A DNA stretch of 64,000 bases, from contig JARCRU010000133.1 in NCBI GenBank assembly GCA_029850535.1, forward strand, positions 25,925-89,924, read 5' to 3'. This DNA comes from Actinomycetota bacterium (GTDB taxonomy: Bacteria; Actinomycetota; Acidimicrobiia; Acidimicrobiales; RAAP-2). The stretch's first letter is position 1. Every line of letters begins with the position of its first letter. Below the pieces are notes generated by a model. That model was given only the letters and a program-made list of their open reading frames with translations. It did not search any database and was not told the DNA's origin. The position numbers and the translations under genes are program-made. Shown here in pieces: positions 1 to 8,675 of this stretch.

Positions 1-190
1 AGAAGATCACGTCGGTCACGTCGTCCTCGTGGAGACCGAGCGCGTGCAACGGGTCCAGAATCACGTCACGGCGCGCCACCATGCCCGGATCGACGACGAT
101 GACCGCGTCATTCTCGCGCACGAGCACCACGCTCGAAGCCACGCGCTCGTTGGCGTAGCCGTTGGTCAAGATGTCGACGGTGGCCGTCAT
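1..190 (-). CDS. MBL-fold metallo-hydrolase, N-terminal part (runs off the window edge)
   Basis: Manual translation MTATVDILTNGYANERVASSVVLVRENDAVIVVDPGMVARRDVILDPLHALGLHEDDVTDVIF. The VVDPG...DVTDVI pattern precedes the HxHxDH motif in MBL proteins. GGAG RBS upstream. Not in the ORF track. Confidence 0.7.
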   Translation of the reverse strand, partial: MTATVDILTNGYANERVASSVVLVRENDAVIVVDPGMVARRDVILDPLHALGLHEDDVTDVIF

Positions 191-363
191 GGTGAACTCC
201 TCACTCGTTCTGGGGTGATGCTATCGCCCGTGGGGCCCCGTCCCTGTTGGCGAGACCTAGGTGACGCCCGACCTCGACCCCGCGCCAGTGCCGATTATCA
301 ACGACGTAGACTGGAGCGACGCCGTACGGAGACGTTCGTCTCGAAGGCACAAAGGGGTAGTGC

Positions 364-1857
364 ATGAACGTGACGTCCTCCCCAGCGATTACTCCTCCGT
401 GGCTCATCCAAGGCGGCATGGGAATCGCCATTTCGAACTGGCGACTCGCGCGCGCCGTGTCCAGTGCCGGTCAACTGGGCGTGGTCTCGGGCACCGCCAT
501 CGATAGCGTGTTCGCCCGCCGCCTCCAAGATCACGGGGTCGACGACGAACTCCGTCGCGTACTCGACCGATTCCCCGTGCCGGCCATCGTCGAAGACGCC
601 CTGCACCGCTTCGGCGACGTGCGCCGGCGCGCCGGCACCCCCTACAAGAGTCTGACGATGCTGACCGAGCGCAGTCCCCGTCGCGCCTTCGACCTCGTGG
701 TGCTCGCCAGTTTCGTCGAAGTGGCCCTCGCCAAGTTGGGCCACGGGGGCCTCGTGGGCATCAATCTGCTCACCAAGGTCCAGATCCCCACCGCCGCGTC
801 CTTGTGTGGGGCCATCTTGGCGGGGGTCGACTACGTCATGATGGGCGCGGGTGTACCCACCCATATCCCGGGCGTCATCGACGACCTCTGCCACGGTCGG
901 CGCACCACGCTCCCCTTCGCCGTCACGGGAGCCGCGAGTGACCACCCCGCCTCCTCGCTCACCTTCGACCCCACCACGTACCTCGGCGACACCTCGTCAC
1001 TGCAACGTCCCCAGTTCGTGGGCATCGTCTCCTCGCACGTGCTGGCCACCGCCCTCTTCAAGCGCAGCAACGGACCGGTGGACGGTTTCGTCGTCGAGCG
1101 CCCGAGCGCCGGCGGTCACAACGCCCCGCCGCGCGGCACCTACCCCCTCGACGAGAAGGGCTCGCCCGTGTACGGCCCGCGCGACGAGATCGACTTCGAC
1201 GTCGTCGCGGGACTCGGAGTGCCGTTCTGGATCGGTGGCGGCGTAACCTCGTCGGCCGACGTCACCGATGCCCTGGCCCTGGGCGCCGCCGGAGTCCAAG
1301 TGGGCACGATGTTCGCCTACTGCCAGGAGTCAGGCATGGAGCCAGGGTTGCGTCACCGCATCTTGGAGGACCTCCAGCACCATTCCCTGACGGTGTCGAC
1401 CTCGGTCACGGCCTCCTCGACGGGCTATCCCTTCAAGGTGGTCGACGAGTCGGACACGATCGGTGACCCCGAGGTGTACGCCGCGCGCACGCGAAAGTGC
1501 GACTTGGGGTACCTGCGTGAGGCCTACCTCGACGAGAACGGCGCCACGGCGTACCGCTGCTCGGCCGAACCGATGACCATCTACTTGCGCAAGGGCGGAC
1601 ACGCCGAGGACGCCGAATCGACGACGTGCCTGTGCAATGGGCTCATGGCCACCTGCGGCCTGGCCCAAGTGCGACCCGACGGCTACGTCGAACCCGCAAT
1701 CGTGACCAGTGGCGACCGGATAGAGGACGTCACGGTGATGCTCGAAGGTCGCGACGACTTCAGCGCCCAGGACGTGATCGACTGGCTGAACCCGGCGAAC
1801 GCCCCCGACGGCGTCGATTCGCTCGTCACCCCGACCAGCACCGCCGGTGCGTCCTAG
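364..1857 (+). CDS. Nitronate monooxygenase/FabK-like FMN-dependent oxidoreductase with Cys-containing C-terminus
   Basis: LIQGGMGIAIS, GVVSGT, AGGHNAP, GAAGVQVGTMF; C-terminal RKCDLGYL..RCSAEP..CLCNGL. Confidence 0.8.
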   Translation: MNVTSSPAITPPWLIQGGMGIAISNWRLARAVSSAGQLGVVSGTAIDSVFARRLQDHGVDDELRRVLDRFPVPAIVEDALHRFGDVRRRAGTPYKSLTMLTERSPRRAFDLVVLASFVEVALAKLGHGGLVGINLLTKVQIPTAASLCGAILAGVDYVMMGAGVPTHIPGVIDDLCHGRRTTLPFAVTGAASDHPASSLTFDPTTYLGDTSSLQRPQFVGIVSSHVLATALFKRSNGPVDGFVVERPSAGGHNAPPRGTYPLDEKGSPVYGPRDEIDFDVVAGLGVPFWIGGGVTSSADVTDALALGAAGVQVGTMFAYCQESGMEPGLRHRILEDLQHHSLTVSTSVTASSTGYPFKVVDESDTIGDPEVYAARTRKCDLGYLREAYLDENGATAYRCSAEPMTIYLRKGGHAEDAESTTCLCNGLMATCGLAQVRPDGYVEPAIVTSGDRIEDVTVMLEGRDDFSAQDVIDWLNPANAPDGVDSLVTPTSTAGAS

Positions 1858-1879
1858 CCAATCGCGGGCGACACGAATG

Positions 1880-1898
1880 ATACCCCTACGGGTATAGT
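1880..1898 (+). promoter_or_regulatory. CsoR/RcnR-family-like operator overlapping a -10 element (TATAGT, 1893-1898)
   Basis: ATACCC-CTAC-GGGTAT inverted repeat (1880-1895) about 50 bp upstream of the thioredoxin start. Confidence 0.55.
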
Positions 1899-1947
1899 GT
1901 TAACAGCGTTCCCGATACGCTAGGACGTACACAGCGAGGAGGCCGTT

Positions 1948-2328
1948 ATGGCGACAAAAGAGATCACCACCGAGAACTTCGAGGAGGTCGTTGCGAACAA
2001 TGACCTCGTGTTGATCGACTTCTGGGCGGCGTGGTGCGGTCCTTGTCGCAGTTTCGCGCCGACCTACGAGAAGGTCTCCGCGCTCTACCCCGACGCGGTC
2101 TTCGCCAAGGTGGACACCGAGGCCCAGCAGGCCCTCGCCGCGTCCTTCAACATCATGTCGATTCCCACGCTCATGATCATCCGCGATCAGGTCGTCATCT
2201 TCAGTCAGGCCGGCGCGTTGCCGGAGTCCGCGTTGGTGGACCTCGTGCAGAAGGCGGCCGCCCTCGACATGCAAGAGGTGCATCGTCAAGTAGCCGAGGA
2301 GCAGGCCGCGCAGACGACGACGGCCTGA
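1948..2328 (+). CDS. trxA: Thioredoxin
   Basis: DFWAAWCGPCR active site, SIPTL cis-Pro motif, GAGGAGG RBS. Confidence 0.95.
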   Translation: MATKEITTENFEEVVANNDLVLIDFWAAWCGPCRSFAPTYEKVSALYPDAVFAKVDTEAQQALAASFNIMSIPTLMIIRDQVVIFSQAGALPESALVDLVQKAAALDMQEVHRQVAEEQAAQTTTA

Positions 2329-2442
2329 TTCTCTCCCGCAGATAGCTTCCATCACCGCTAGGCCCAAGTACCCATATCGTCGATTTTCGCGTCGTCGCAC
2401 CTTTCGCACCTGCGACACTGGAATCACGAGAAAGGTGTTGTC

Positions 2443-3681
2443 ATGGAAGTTGTGTCGCAAGCGATCGTGGCGGAGCGTCTCGAGGCCCTGGCCCCCAACG
2501 AGCCGCGCATCGTCGTCTCGGGCAATTTCGCCACCCCCTGGGAGCTCGTGCACCTCGCCGCCGCCACCATCCCCGTCTTTCGCTTCTTCGTCTTGAACCC
2601 CCAAGCCGGCTGGCCTCGTCGCGAAGGGATCATCACTGAAACGCCCTTCGTCGGCGAGGGGGTCCGTTCCGACGACGACCTCAAGTACCTCCCCATGAGA
2701 CTGTCCCTGGTACCGAGGCTCTTCGCCACCAGTCGCCCCCCGGACGTCGTGATGATTCAGACCTCGACGCCGCGCAATGGCAAGGTCTCCCTCGGCATCG
2801 AGACGAACCTGCTACCCGCCGCCATCGAGGAGGTGCGTCGCCGGGGCGGCCTCGTGATCGCCCAGCTCAATCGTCACATGCCCTACACCTTCGGCGACTC
2901 CGAAATCGTCATCGATGACGTCGACCTCGCCCTCGAGGTCGACGTCGCCCTCCCCTCGCCCGCCCAGCGCCGACCCGACGAGGCGGCGCTCATCATCGGC
3001 GAGAACGTCGCGTCGCTCTCGAACGACGGGTCGACCTTGCAGTTGGGGATCGGTCAACTCCCCGACGCGGCCCTGGACTGTATGCACCACCGCCGCCATC
3101 TGGGCGTCTGGTCCGAGATGGTCAGTGACGGCATCATGAAACTCGACCGTGCCGGCGCCATCGACGTGAATCGGGTCATGACCAGCACGTTCCTCTTCGG
3201 TAGTCCCGAGATGTACCAGTGGGCCGACGAGAACCCTCGCCTGGTGATGCGCCGCACCGAGGTGGCCAACAATCCCGCTCGCATCGCCGAACAGCCCGGC
3301 ATGCTCTCGATCAACACCGCCCTGCAGGTCGACCTCTACGCCCAGTCCAACGCCAGCTTCGTGCGCGGACGGATCTACTCGGGCTTCGGGGGACAGCCCG
3401 ACTTCGTGTCGGGAGCCCTGCACTCGCGCGGCGGACAGGCCGTCTTGGCGTTGCGCAGTTGGCACGACAAGTCCGACGCCTCCAACATCATTCCGCTCCT
3501 CACGAATCCGGTGTGTTCCTTCCAACACTCGGTCATCGTCACCGAGCAGGGCATCGCCCCCATCTTCGGATTCTCCCAGCAGTCCCAGGCTCGCTCACTC
3601 ATCGATCACGCGGCACACCCGCGGGCGCGCGAAGAATTGTCGCGCGCGGCCCAGGAGATGTTCCTGCTCGGTTCGGACTGA
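2443..3681 (+). CDS. Acetyl-CoA hydrolase/4-hydroxybutyrate CoA-transferase family
   Basis: TLQLGIGQLP, HLGVWSEM, SINTALQVDLYAQ, SGFGGQPDF, IVTEQGIA. Confidence 0.9.
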   Translation: MEVVSQAIVAERLEALAPNEPRIVVSGNFATPWELVHLAAATIPVFRFFVLNPQAGWPRREGIITETPFVGEGVRSDDDLKYLPMRLSLVPRLFATSRPPDVVMIQTSTPRNGKVSLGIETNLLPAAIEEVRRRGGLVIAQLNRHMPYTFGDSEIVIDDVDLALEVDVALPSPAQRRPDEAALIIGENVASLSNDGSTLQLGIGQLPDAALDCMHHRRHLGVWSEMVSDGIMKLDRAGAIDVNRVMTSTFLFGSPEMYQWADENPRLVMRRTEVANNPARIAEQPGMLSINTALQVDLYAQSNASFVRGRIYSGFGGQPDFVSGALHSRGGQAVLALRSWHDKSDASNIIPLLTNPVCSFQHSVIVTEQGIAPIFGFSQQSQARSLIDHAAHPRAREELSRAAQEMFLLGSD

Positions 3682-3682
3682 G

Positions 3683-4567
3683 CTACCAGGCGTCGACCTC
3701 ACGAGCTCCCTGGACGCAGATGCGTTCGAAGAGGTCCTCGTCGTAGGCGTAGGGCGATTCACTCACCGGCCAGTGCACCACGACTTCGTCGAAGCCGAGC
3801 GCGCGGTAACGCCCCGCCCAGTCGAGGAAAGATTCGTAGGAGACCATGGGTGACTCGTCGCCCTCGAAGTTCAGTAGCACGCGGTGCAGCGACCGCTCGT
3901 CGCGGCCGCGCCTCTCCATCTCAGAATTCAACCTCGTGACCTGCGCGCTCACCGCGTCGAAGGTGGGCGAGTCCGCGCGAGCGGCGGGGTCGCCGAAACT
4001 CACCCACCCGTCGGCCAACTCGGCGGTCAACGCCAGGGAACGCGGACCGAGCGCGCTGAGATAGAGCGGCGGTCGTGGCTGCTGCACGGGGCCGGGAATC
4101 TGTCGCGAATCGACCACCGGGTAGTGCGGACCGGCGAGGTTCGATCGAGGCTCGCGCAGCAAGTGTTCCAGCGCCCGGGCAAACTCCTCGAACCGCTCGT
4201 GTCGCTCGAGCGGCGACCACGGCTCGCGCGCCAACACGGTCGCGTCGAAGCCCGTGCCCCCCGCTCCGACTCCCACGATGAGGCGCCCACGCGAGATGTC
4301 GTCGAGGGCGATCAGGTCCTTCGCCAGTACCAGGGGGTGACGAAAATTCGGTGACGTGACGAGCGGTCCGAGTCGCAATCGTGAGGTCACGGTGGCCGCG
4401 GCCACCAGCGTCGGCACCATCGAGAACCAGGGTTTCTCCCGAAAGCTCCGCCACGACAGGTGGTCGTAGGTGTAGCCCGCGTGCAGGCCCCATTCGTCGG
4501 CGCGTCGCCAGTCCTCGCGCGCCAACTCCCAACGCTGGCTGGGCAGGATCACGACACTCAGTTTCAC
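3683..4567 (-). CDS. LLM-class flavin-dependent oxidoreductase
   Basis: YTYDHL, RLGPLVTSPNFRHP, LDDISRGRLIVGVGAG, PVQQPRPPL; leaderless-type TAGCAT 6 nt before GTG. Confidence 0.88.
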   Translation of the reverse strand: MKLSVVILPSQRWELAREDWRRADEWGLHAGYTYDHLSWRSFREKPWFSMVPTLVAAATVTSRLRLGPLVTSPNFRHPLVLAKDLIALDDISRGRLIVGVGAGGTGFDATVLAREPWSPLERHERFEEFARALEHLLREPRSNLAGPHYPVVDSRQIPGPVQQPRPPLYLSALGPRSLALTAELADGWVSFGDPAARADSPTFDAVSAQVTRLNSEMERRGRDERSLHRVLLNFEGDESPMVSYESFLDWAGRYRALGFDEVVVHWPVSESPYAYDEDLFERICVQGAREVDAW

Positions 4568-4603
4568 ACTGCGATGCTAGGTCCCGCGTGGGACCCCTCG
4601 GAT

Positions 4604-5614
4604 CTAGCGCGCCGAGAGCGTCACGAAGTCGCGCGAGTACCGTGTCTCGAAGAATCGCCCGGGGGTCTGCACCATCGTCGGAGTGAGGTCGCGTCCGTTG
4701 CCCGGTGTCGCGTAACCGGTCGCGGTGGCGGGTTGGTAGGTGGCGAAGACCGGCCAGAGCGGATTCATGTCGAGCACCATCGCGCGCACGGCTCCCGCGC
4801 GCACGAGGATTCGCGCCAGGTCCACGATATTCATCTCTCCTTCGACGTAGACCAGGGCCCCACTGGCGGTCACTCCGAGGGCCGAGCGCGGGGTGTCGAT
4901 CATGTTGTTGAGCGAATACCCCCAACGCGCGACGTCATTGGCCTGCAGTCCGGCGACGGGCGCCCCGTAGTCCACCAGCAGCGTGAGGTTCTGGCGCACC
5001 GCGACCACGTTGGCGTTCATGCCGACGTCGCGCCCCCACTGTCCGACGGTCATAGAGCCGTCGCGGTAGATGACCAGTGAGGCGGCGCCGTTGAGTAGCG
5101 GCGCGACGAGATGACCCTCGCTCAAGTAGCCGCCGTGAGAGTCCTTCAAGAGGAATCCGCCGCTGAAGGCGGCCACCAGGGTCTGCGCGGCCGAGTGCGA
5201 CACGGGGGCGGTGTACTTCCAGAAGAAACCGCCAGGACTGAGGCTGCCCGAATAGAGTCGCGCGTTCAAGAGACGTGGGTCGATCCACGCCACACCCGCG
5301 ACCGTCGTCGGATTGTTGGGGGGTCGAATCGTCGTCGTGAAGATCGCGCTGTGACCCTGCACCGTGCGTCCCGCGGGGCGGTACACGCCCTCACCCGCGA
5401 CGGCGGGCGCGATGAAGGGGATCAGGTTCGTGGGACTGCGCAGTGGCGTCAGCGCCACCGTGGACTGAGCGGTCGTTGGGGAACTCGTCGTGGGCACCGA
5501 GGACACGGTCGTGGTCGAGGAATTCGCCCTCGTGGCTCCGCTGGTCCCCCCGAGCGCCACGGCCACGACGCCGGCCGTGGCCAGCGTGGCGACGGTGAAG
5601 AGGCGGAGCTTCAT
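4604..5614 (-). CDS. Secreted phosphodiester glycosidase (NAGPA/DUF2233-like) family protein
   Basis: Signal peptide, Thr/Ser-rich linker, AAFSGGF, RSALGVT, AMVLDMN. Confidence 0.7.
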   Translation of the reverse strand: MKLRLFTVATLATAGVVAVALGGTSGATRANSSTTTVSSVPTTSSPTTAQSTVALTPLRSPTNLIPFIAPAVAGEGVYRPAGRTVQGHSAIFTTTIRPPNNPTTVAGVAWIDPRLLNARLYSGSLSPGGFFWKYTAPVSHSAAQTLVAAFSGGFLLKDSHGGYLSEGHLVAPLLNGAASLVIYRDGSMTVGQWGRDVGMNANVVAVRQNLTLLVDYGAPVAGLQANDVARWGYSLNNMIDTPRSALGVTASGALVYVEGEMNIVDLARILVRAGAVRAMVLDMNPLWPVFATYQPATATGYATPGNGRDLTPTMVQTPGRFFETRYSRDFVTLSAR

Positions 5615-5997
5615 CGCGTCGTCTCGTGGGCATCGCCCAGTGCGAGGTCGTGAGAGGTGAAATCAAATTGACGATCGAAGGGTGGAGGAAAGTTCACCGA
5701 GCATGTTTAGTTCGGGGCCCTAAGAACGAACTAAGACCCGTACGAAGATTTGTTGACAATCGGCGTGGGCACTCCGGAGTGCACGAATGTTTCGTCAGAA
5801 AATAGTCGCAACTATGAATTTTTATGCAACTCAGACTTCCACGTTCGCGGGACCGAACACGGCTCGAACTCCGCGGCGCGTGTCGTCATTTATGTCCCGG
5901 TGCGAACCGACCAATTCGACCATTCAGGCCGAGATATATCTCGAGATTTCCCAGTAATTCTCCCGATTCACTCCCCGTCGCTGGGTAGAATTCGAGA

Positions 5998-6780
5998 GTG
6001 CTGGCCACGTCCGTCCCACTCGTGTGGAAGATCGTCATCATTTTCGTCGCCGGGTGCGCCGCGGGCATCTCCAACGGCATCGCCGGTGGTGGAACTTTCC
6101 TCAGTTTTCCGACACTCCTCGCGCTGGGCATTCCTTCGCTCACGGCCAATATGTCGTCGTCGGTCGGCATCTTGCCCAGTACGTTCGGCGGCATTCGCGG
6201 ATTTCGCCACGAACTCAAAGTTCACCGCACCTTGTTGAAGGAGCTCGTTCCCACGTGCGTCCTGGGTTCAGTGGCCGGTACGGTGCTCTTGCTGATCGGC
6301 AGCAATCACACTTTCTCCCAAGTCATACCCTGGCTGATCGGCATGGCCACGATCCTCTTCGCGGTCTCGCCGAAAGTGACCAAGCTCCTCGCGAAAATGG
6401 ATCGCGCGAATGATCCCCACGCGGTGCGACGGCGTTCGCTCTTCGTGGGAATCTTCATCGCGTCGGTCTACGGCGGATACTTCGGTGCGGGGCTCGGGAT
6501 CGTCTTGTTGGCGGTGATGGCCCTCACCCTGCCCTACGACATCAACGTCCTCCAGGGACTGCGCGTCGCGTTGTCACTGCTCATCAACCTCATCGCCGGG
6601 GTCGTCTTCATCATTCGCGGCCACCTCGCGTTGCAGGCGGTCCTCGTGCTTCTCGCGGGCGCGCTCGTCGGCGGTTGGCTCGGCACGATCCTGATCCGAC
6701 GACTCCCACCCCGGTTCGTTCGCGCCCTGGTGATCACCATCGGCACTCTCACCACGGTGAAGCTGGCCCTCGGGGCGTAG
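5998..6780 (+). CDS. Sulfite exporter TauE/SafE family membrane protein
   Basis: AGISNGIAGGGTFLSFP and VYGGYFGAGLG motifs, about 8 hydrophobic segments; TAGAAT 6 nt before GTG. Confidence 0.9.
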   Translation: MLATSVPLVWKIVIIFVAGCAAGISNGIAGGGTFLSFPTLLALGIPSLTANMSSSVGILPSTFGGIRGFRHELKVHRTLLKELVPTCVLGSVAGTVLLLIGSNHTFSQVIPWLIGMATILFAVSPKVTKLLAKMDRANDPHAVRRRSLFVGIFIASVYGGYFGAGLGIVLLAVMALTLPYDINVLQGLRVALSLLINLIAGVVFIIRGHLALQAVLVLLAGALVGGWLGTILIRRLPPRFVRALVITIGTLTTVKLALGA

Positions 6781-6788
6781 GCTCGCGA

Positions 6789-7874
6789 CTACTTCGAGTC
6801 GCGCAGTCGCCCGATCACGTCGTCGACCACGCCGCTGGTCGTGGAGTCGCCTCCCAAGTCGAAGGTACGAATGCCCTCGGCCGCCCCTTCGAGGGTGGCG
6901 TTGCGCAGTCGCGTACCGGCATCGCGGAAAGAGGTGTCGCCCAGGCGCGCGGCGGCCTGGTCGAGCAGGGCCGCGCTCGCTAGCAGCATGGCCATCGGGT
7001 TCGCCACGTTCTTACCCTGTAGCGACGGCGCGGTGCCGTGCGGCGCCTCAGCCATCGCGACCGTCGGACGCAGGTCCTCGTCGAGTGACAGCAACACCGA
7101 TTCAGCACCCGCGATTGATCCGAACATCGCCAGCACGAGGTCGCTCAGGCAGTCGCCATCGCGGTTCAGCGCCGGGATCACCAACGTGCGATCGTGGATC
7201 TCGGTCATGAGGCCGGCGTAGGTGGTGTCGATCAACGCCGGGCGGTACGTTACGAGAGGGTGTCGTGCGGCCGCCGCGTCCATCTCCTCCTTGAGCATCC
7301 CCTCGTAGGTCGGCGACACGGTCCACTTAGGTCCGCCGTACACGAGACCGCCGCTGGCCTCAGCCGCCACGAAGGCGTATTCGGCCACGCTGCGACACAC
7401 CGAGCGCTCGATCTTCTCGGTACGCCATGCGGTCTCACTGGCGAGGCCGGCGTCGCCATCGCGACCCTCGGCGGCTCCGTACGCATCTCCCACGGCCATG
7501 CGCACGACGATGATCGGGGTGTTGGTACCGACGACCGGCGGCGTCACGCCGGGAATTCGACGTCCCGTTCGCACGATGACCGAACCACCGATTCCCTCGC
7601 GCAGCAGTCGGTTGGGCGATCCCACCCCGCCGATCTCTGGCGGGGTGACGGTGGCGGCTTTGAGTCCCAGGCCGGCCTCCACCATCGCCGCGGCCGCTTC
7701 GCGCACGACGTCATTATTGGTCCGGCGACGACTCTCGAGCGAGAGGTCGTAGTTCACGAAGTGCAAGTTGACACCGAGTAGTTCAGGGGTCATGACGCGC
7801 AAGGACTCGACGAGGAGTTCCTGGCCGGTTTCGTCGCCGTCGCATACAACAATGGTGGCAGTGGGTTTGGTCAC
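6789..7874 (-). CDS. Isocitrate/isopropylmalate (beta-decarboxylating) dehydrogenase family
   Basis: GDETGQEL, LKAATVTP, SPNRLLRE, NRDGDCLSDL, EAPHGTAPSLQGKNVANPMAMLLA. Confidence 0.88.
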   Translation of the reverse strand: MTKPTATIVVCDGDETGQELLVESLRVMTPELLGVNLHFVNYDLSLESRRRTNNDVVREAAAAMVEAGLGLKAATVTPPEIGGVGSPNRLLREGIGGSVIVRTGRRIPGVTPPVVGTNTPIIVVRMAVGDAYGAAEGRDGDAGLASETAWRTEKIERSVCRSVAEYAFVAAEASGGLVYGGPKWTVSPTYEGMLKEEMDAAAARHPLVTYRPALIDTTYAGLMTEIHDRTLVIPALNRDGDCLSDLVLAMFGSIAGAESVLLSLDEDLRPTVAMAEAPHGTAPSLQGKNVANPMAMLLASAALLDQAAARLGDTSFRDAGTRLRNATLEGAAEGIRTFDLGGDSTTSGVVDDVIGRLRDSK

Positions 7875-7916
7875 GAGGAGAAGTCTACGCGAGGAGTTTG
7901 CGGGGCTAGAGATCCG

Positions 7917-8675
7917 CTATTCCTTAGGCCGAGCCGCCGCGCCGCCACCCAAGAACGATTCGACGAAGATCGGATTGTTCTCCAGGTCGCTGGGCGCCCC
8001 TTCGAGAACGACACGCCCACCCCCGAGCACGTAGGTGTGATCCGAGATTCGCAGGGCTGCCTTGGCCCGTTGTTCCACCAACAACACCGTCGATCCGAAA
8101 TTGGCGAAGCCGCGGATGTATTCCTCGAGCAATTGCGTCGCGACCATCGGGGCCAGGTTGGCCGTCGGCTCGTCGAGCACCAATACCGAAGGCGAGAGCA
8201 TGAGCACGCGACCCATCGCGAGCATCTTGCGCTCGCCGCCGGAGAGTTTGCCGGCCTTACGCGTCATCATGACCTTGAGCCTCGGGAAGAACTCGAGCAC
8301 GGCATCGATCCGCTCGTGGATCTCGCTGCGCTTGAGCAGGTAGCCGCCGATTTCGAGATTCTCCTTGACCGACAGCGGAGGAAAGACGTCGTCGATCTGG
8401 GGCACGTACCCCACGCCGATCTTGGCCACCTCTTCGGGCGGCATGTTGGTGATCGACGTGTCGCCCACCTTCACCGATCCTTCGAGGACCTTGACGACGC
8501 CGACGAGCGATTTGAGCAGCGTCGACTTGCCTGAACCGTTGGGCCCCACGATGGAAAAGACCTTGCCCGGGGTGGCCTCGATCGTGATGCCGCTGACGAT
8601 GGCGCGACCGTCGTAGCCCGCCGCCAGACCGGTGGCCGTGAGAACCAGTCCCTTCTTTGAGAGTTCAACCGACAA
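7917..8675 (-). CDS. livF: Branched-chain amino-acid-type ABC transporter ATPase (LivF-like)
   Basis: GPNGSGKST, LSGGERKML, LDEPTANLAP, VEQ. Confidence 0.9.
   Translation of the reverse strand: MSVELSKKGLVLTATGLAAGYDGRAIVSGITIEATPGKVFSIVGPNGSGKSTLLKSLVGVVKVLEGSVKVGDTSITNMPPEEVAKIGVGYVPQIDDVFPPLSVKENLEIGGYLLKRSEIHERIDAVLEFFPRLKVMMTRKAGKLSGGERKMLAMGRVLMLSPSVLVLDEPTANLAPMVATQLLEEYIRGFANFGSTVLLVEQRAKAALRISDHTYVLGGGRVVLEGAPSDLENNPIFVESFLGGGAAARPKE

Noticed and set aside
5615-5997. Known riboswitch (c-di-AMP, c-di-GMP, SAM, cobalamin, TPP) in this or other intergenic regions
   Set aside because: I could not find the diagnostic conserved sequences on either strand. An Rfam scan is still needed.
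5750-6238. 162-aa ORF crossing the long intergenic region into tauE
   Set aside because: No RBS or leaderless signal, atypical composition, overlaps tauE out of frame.
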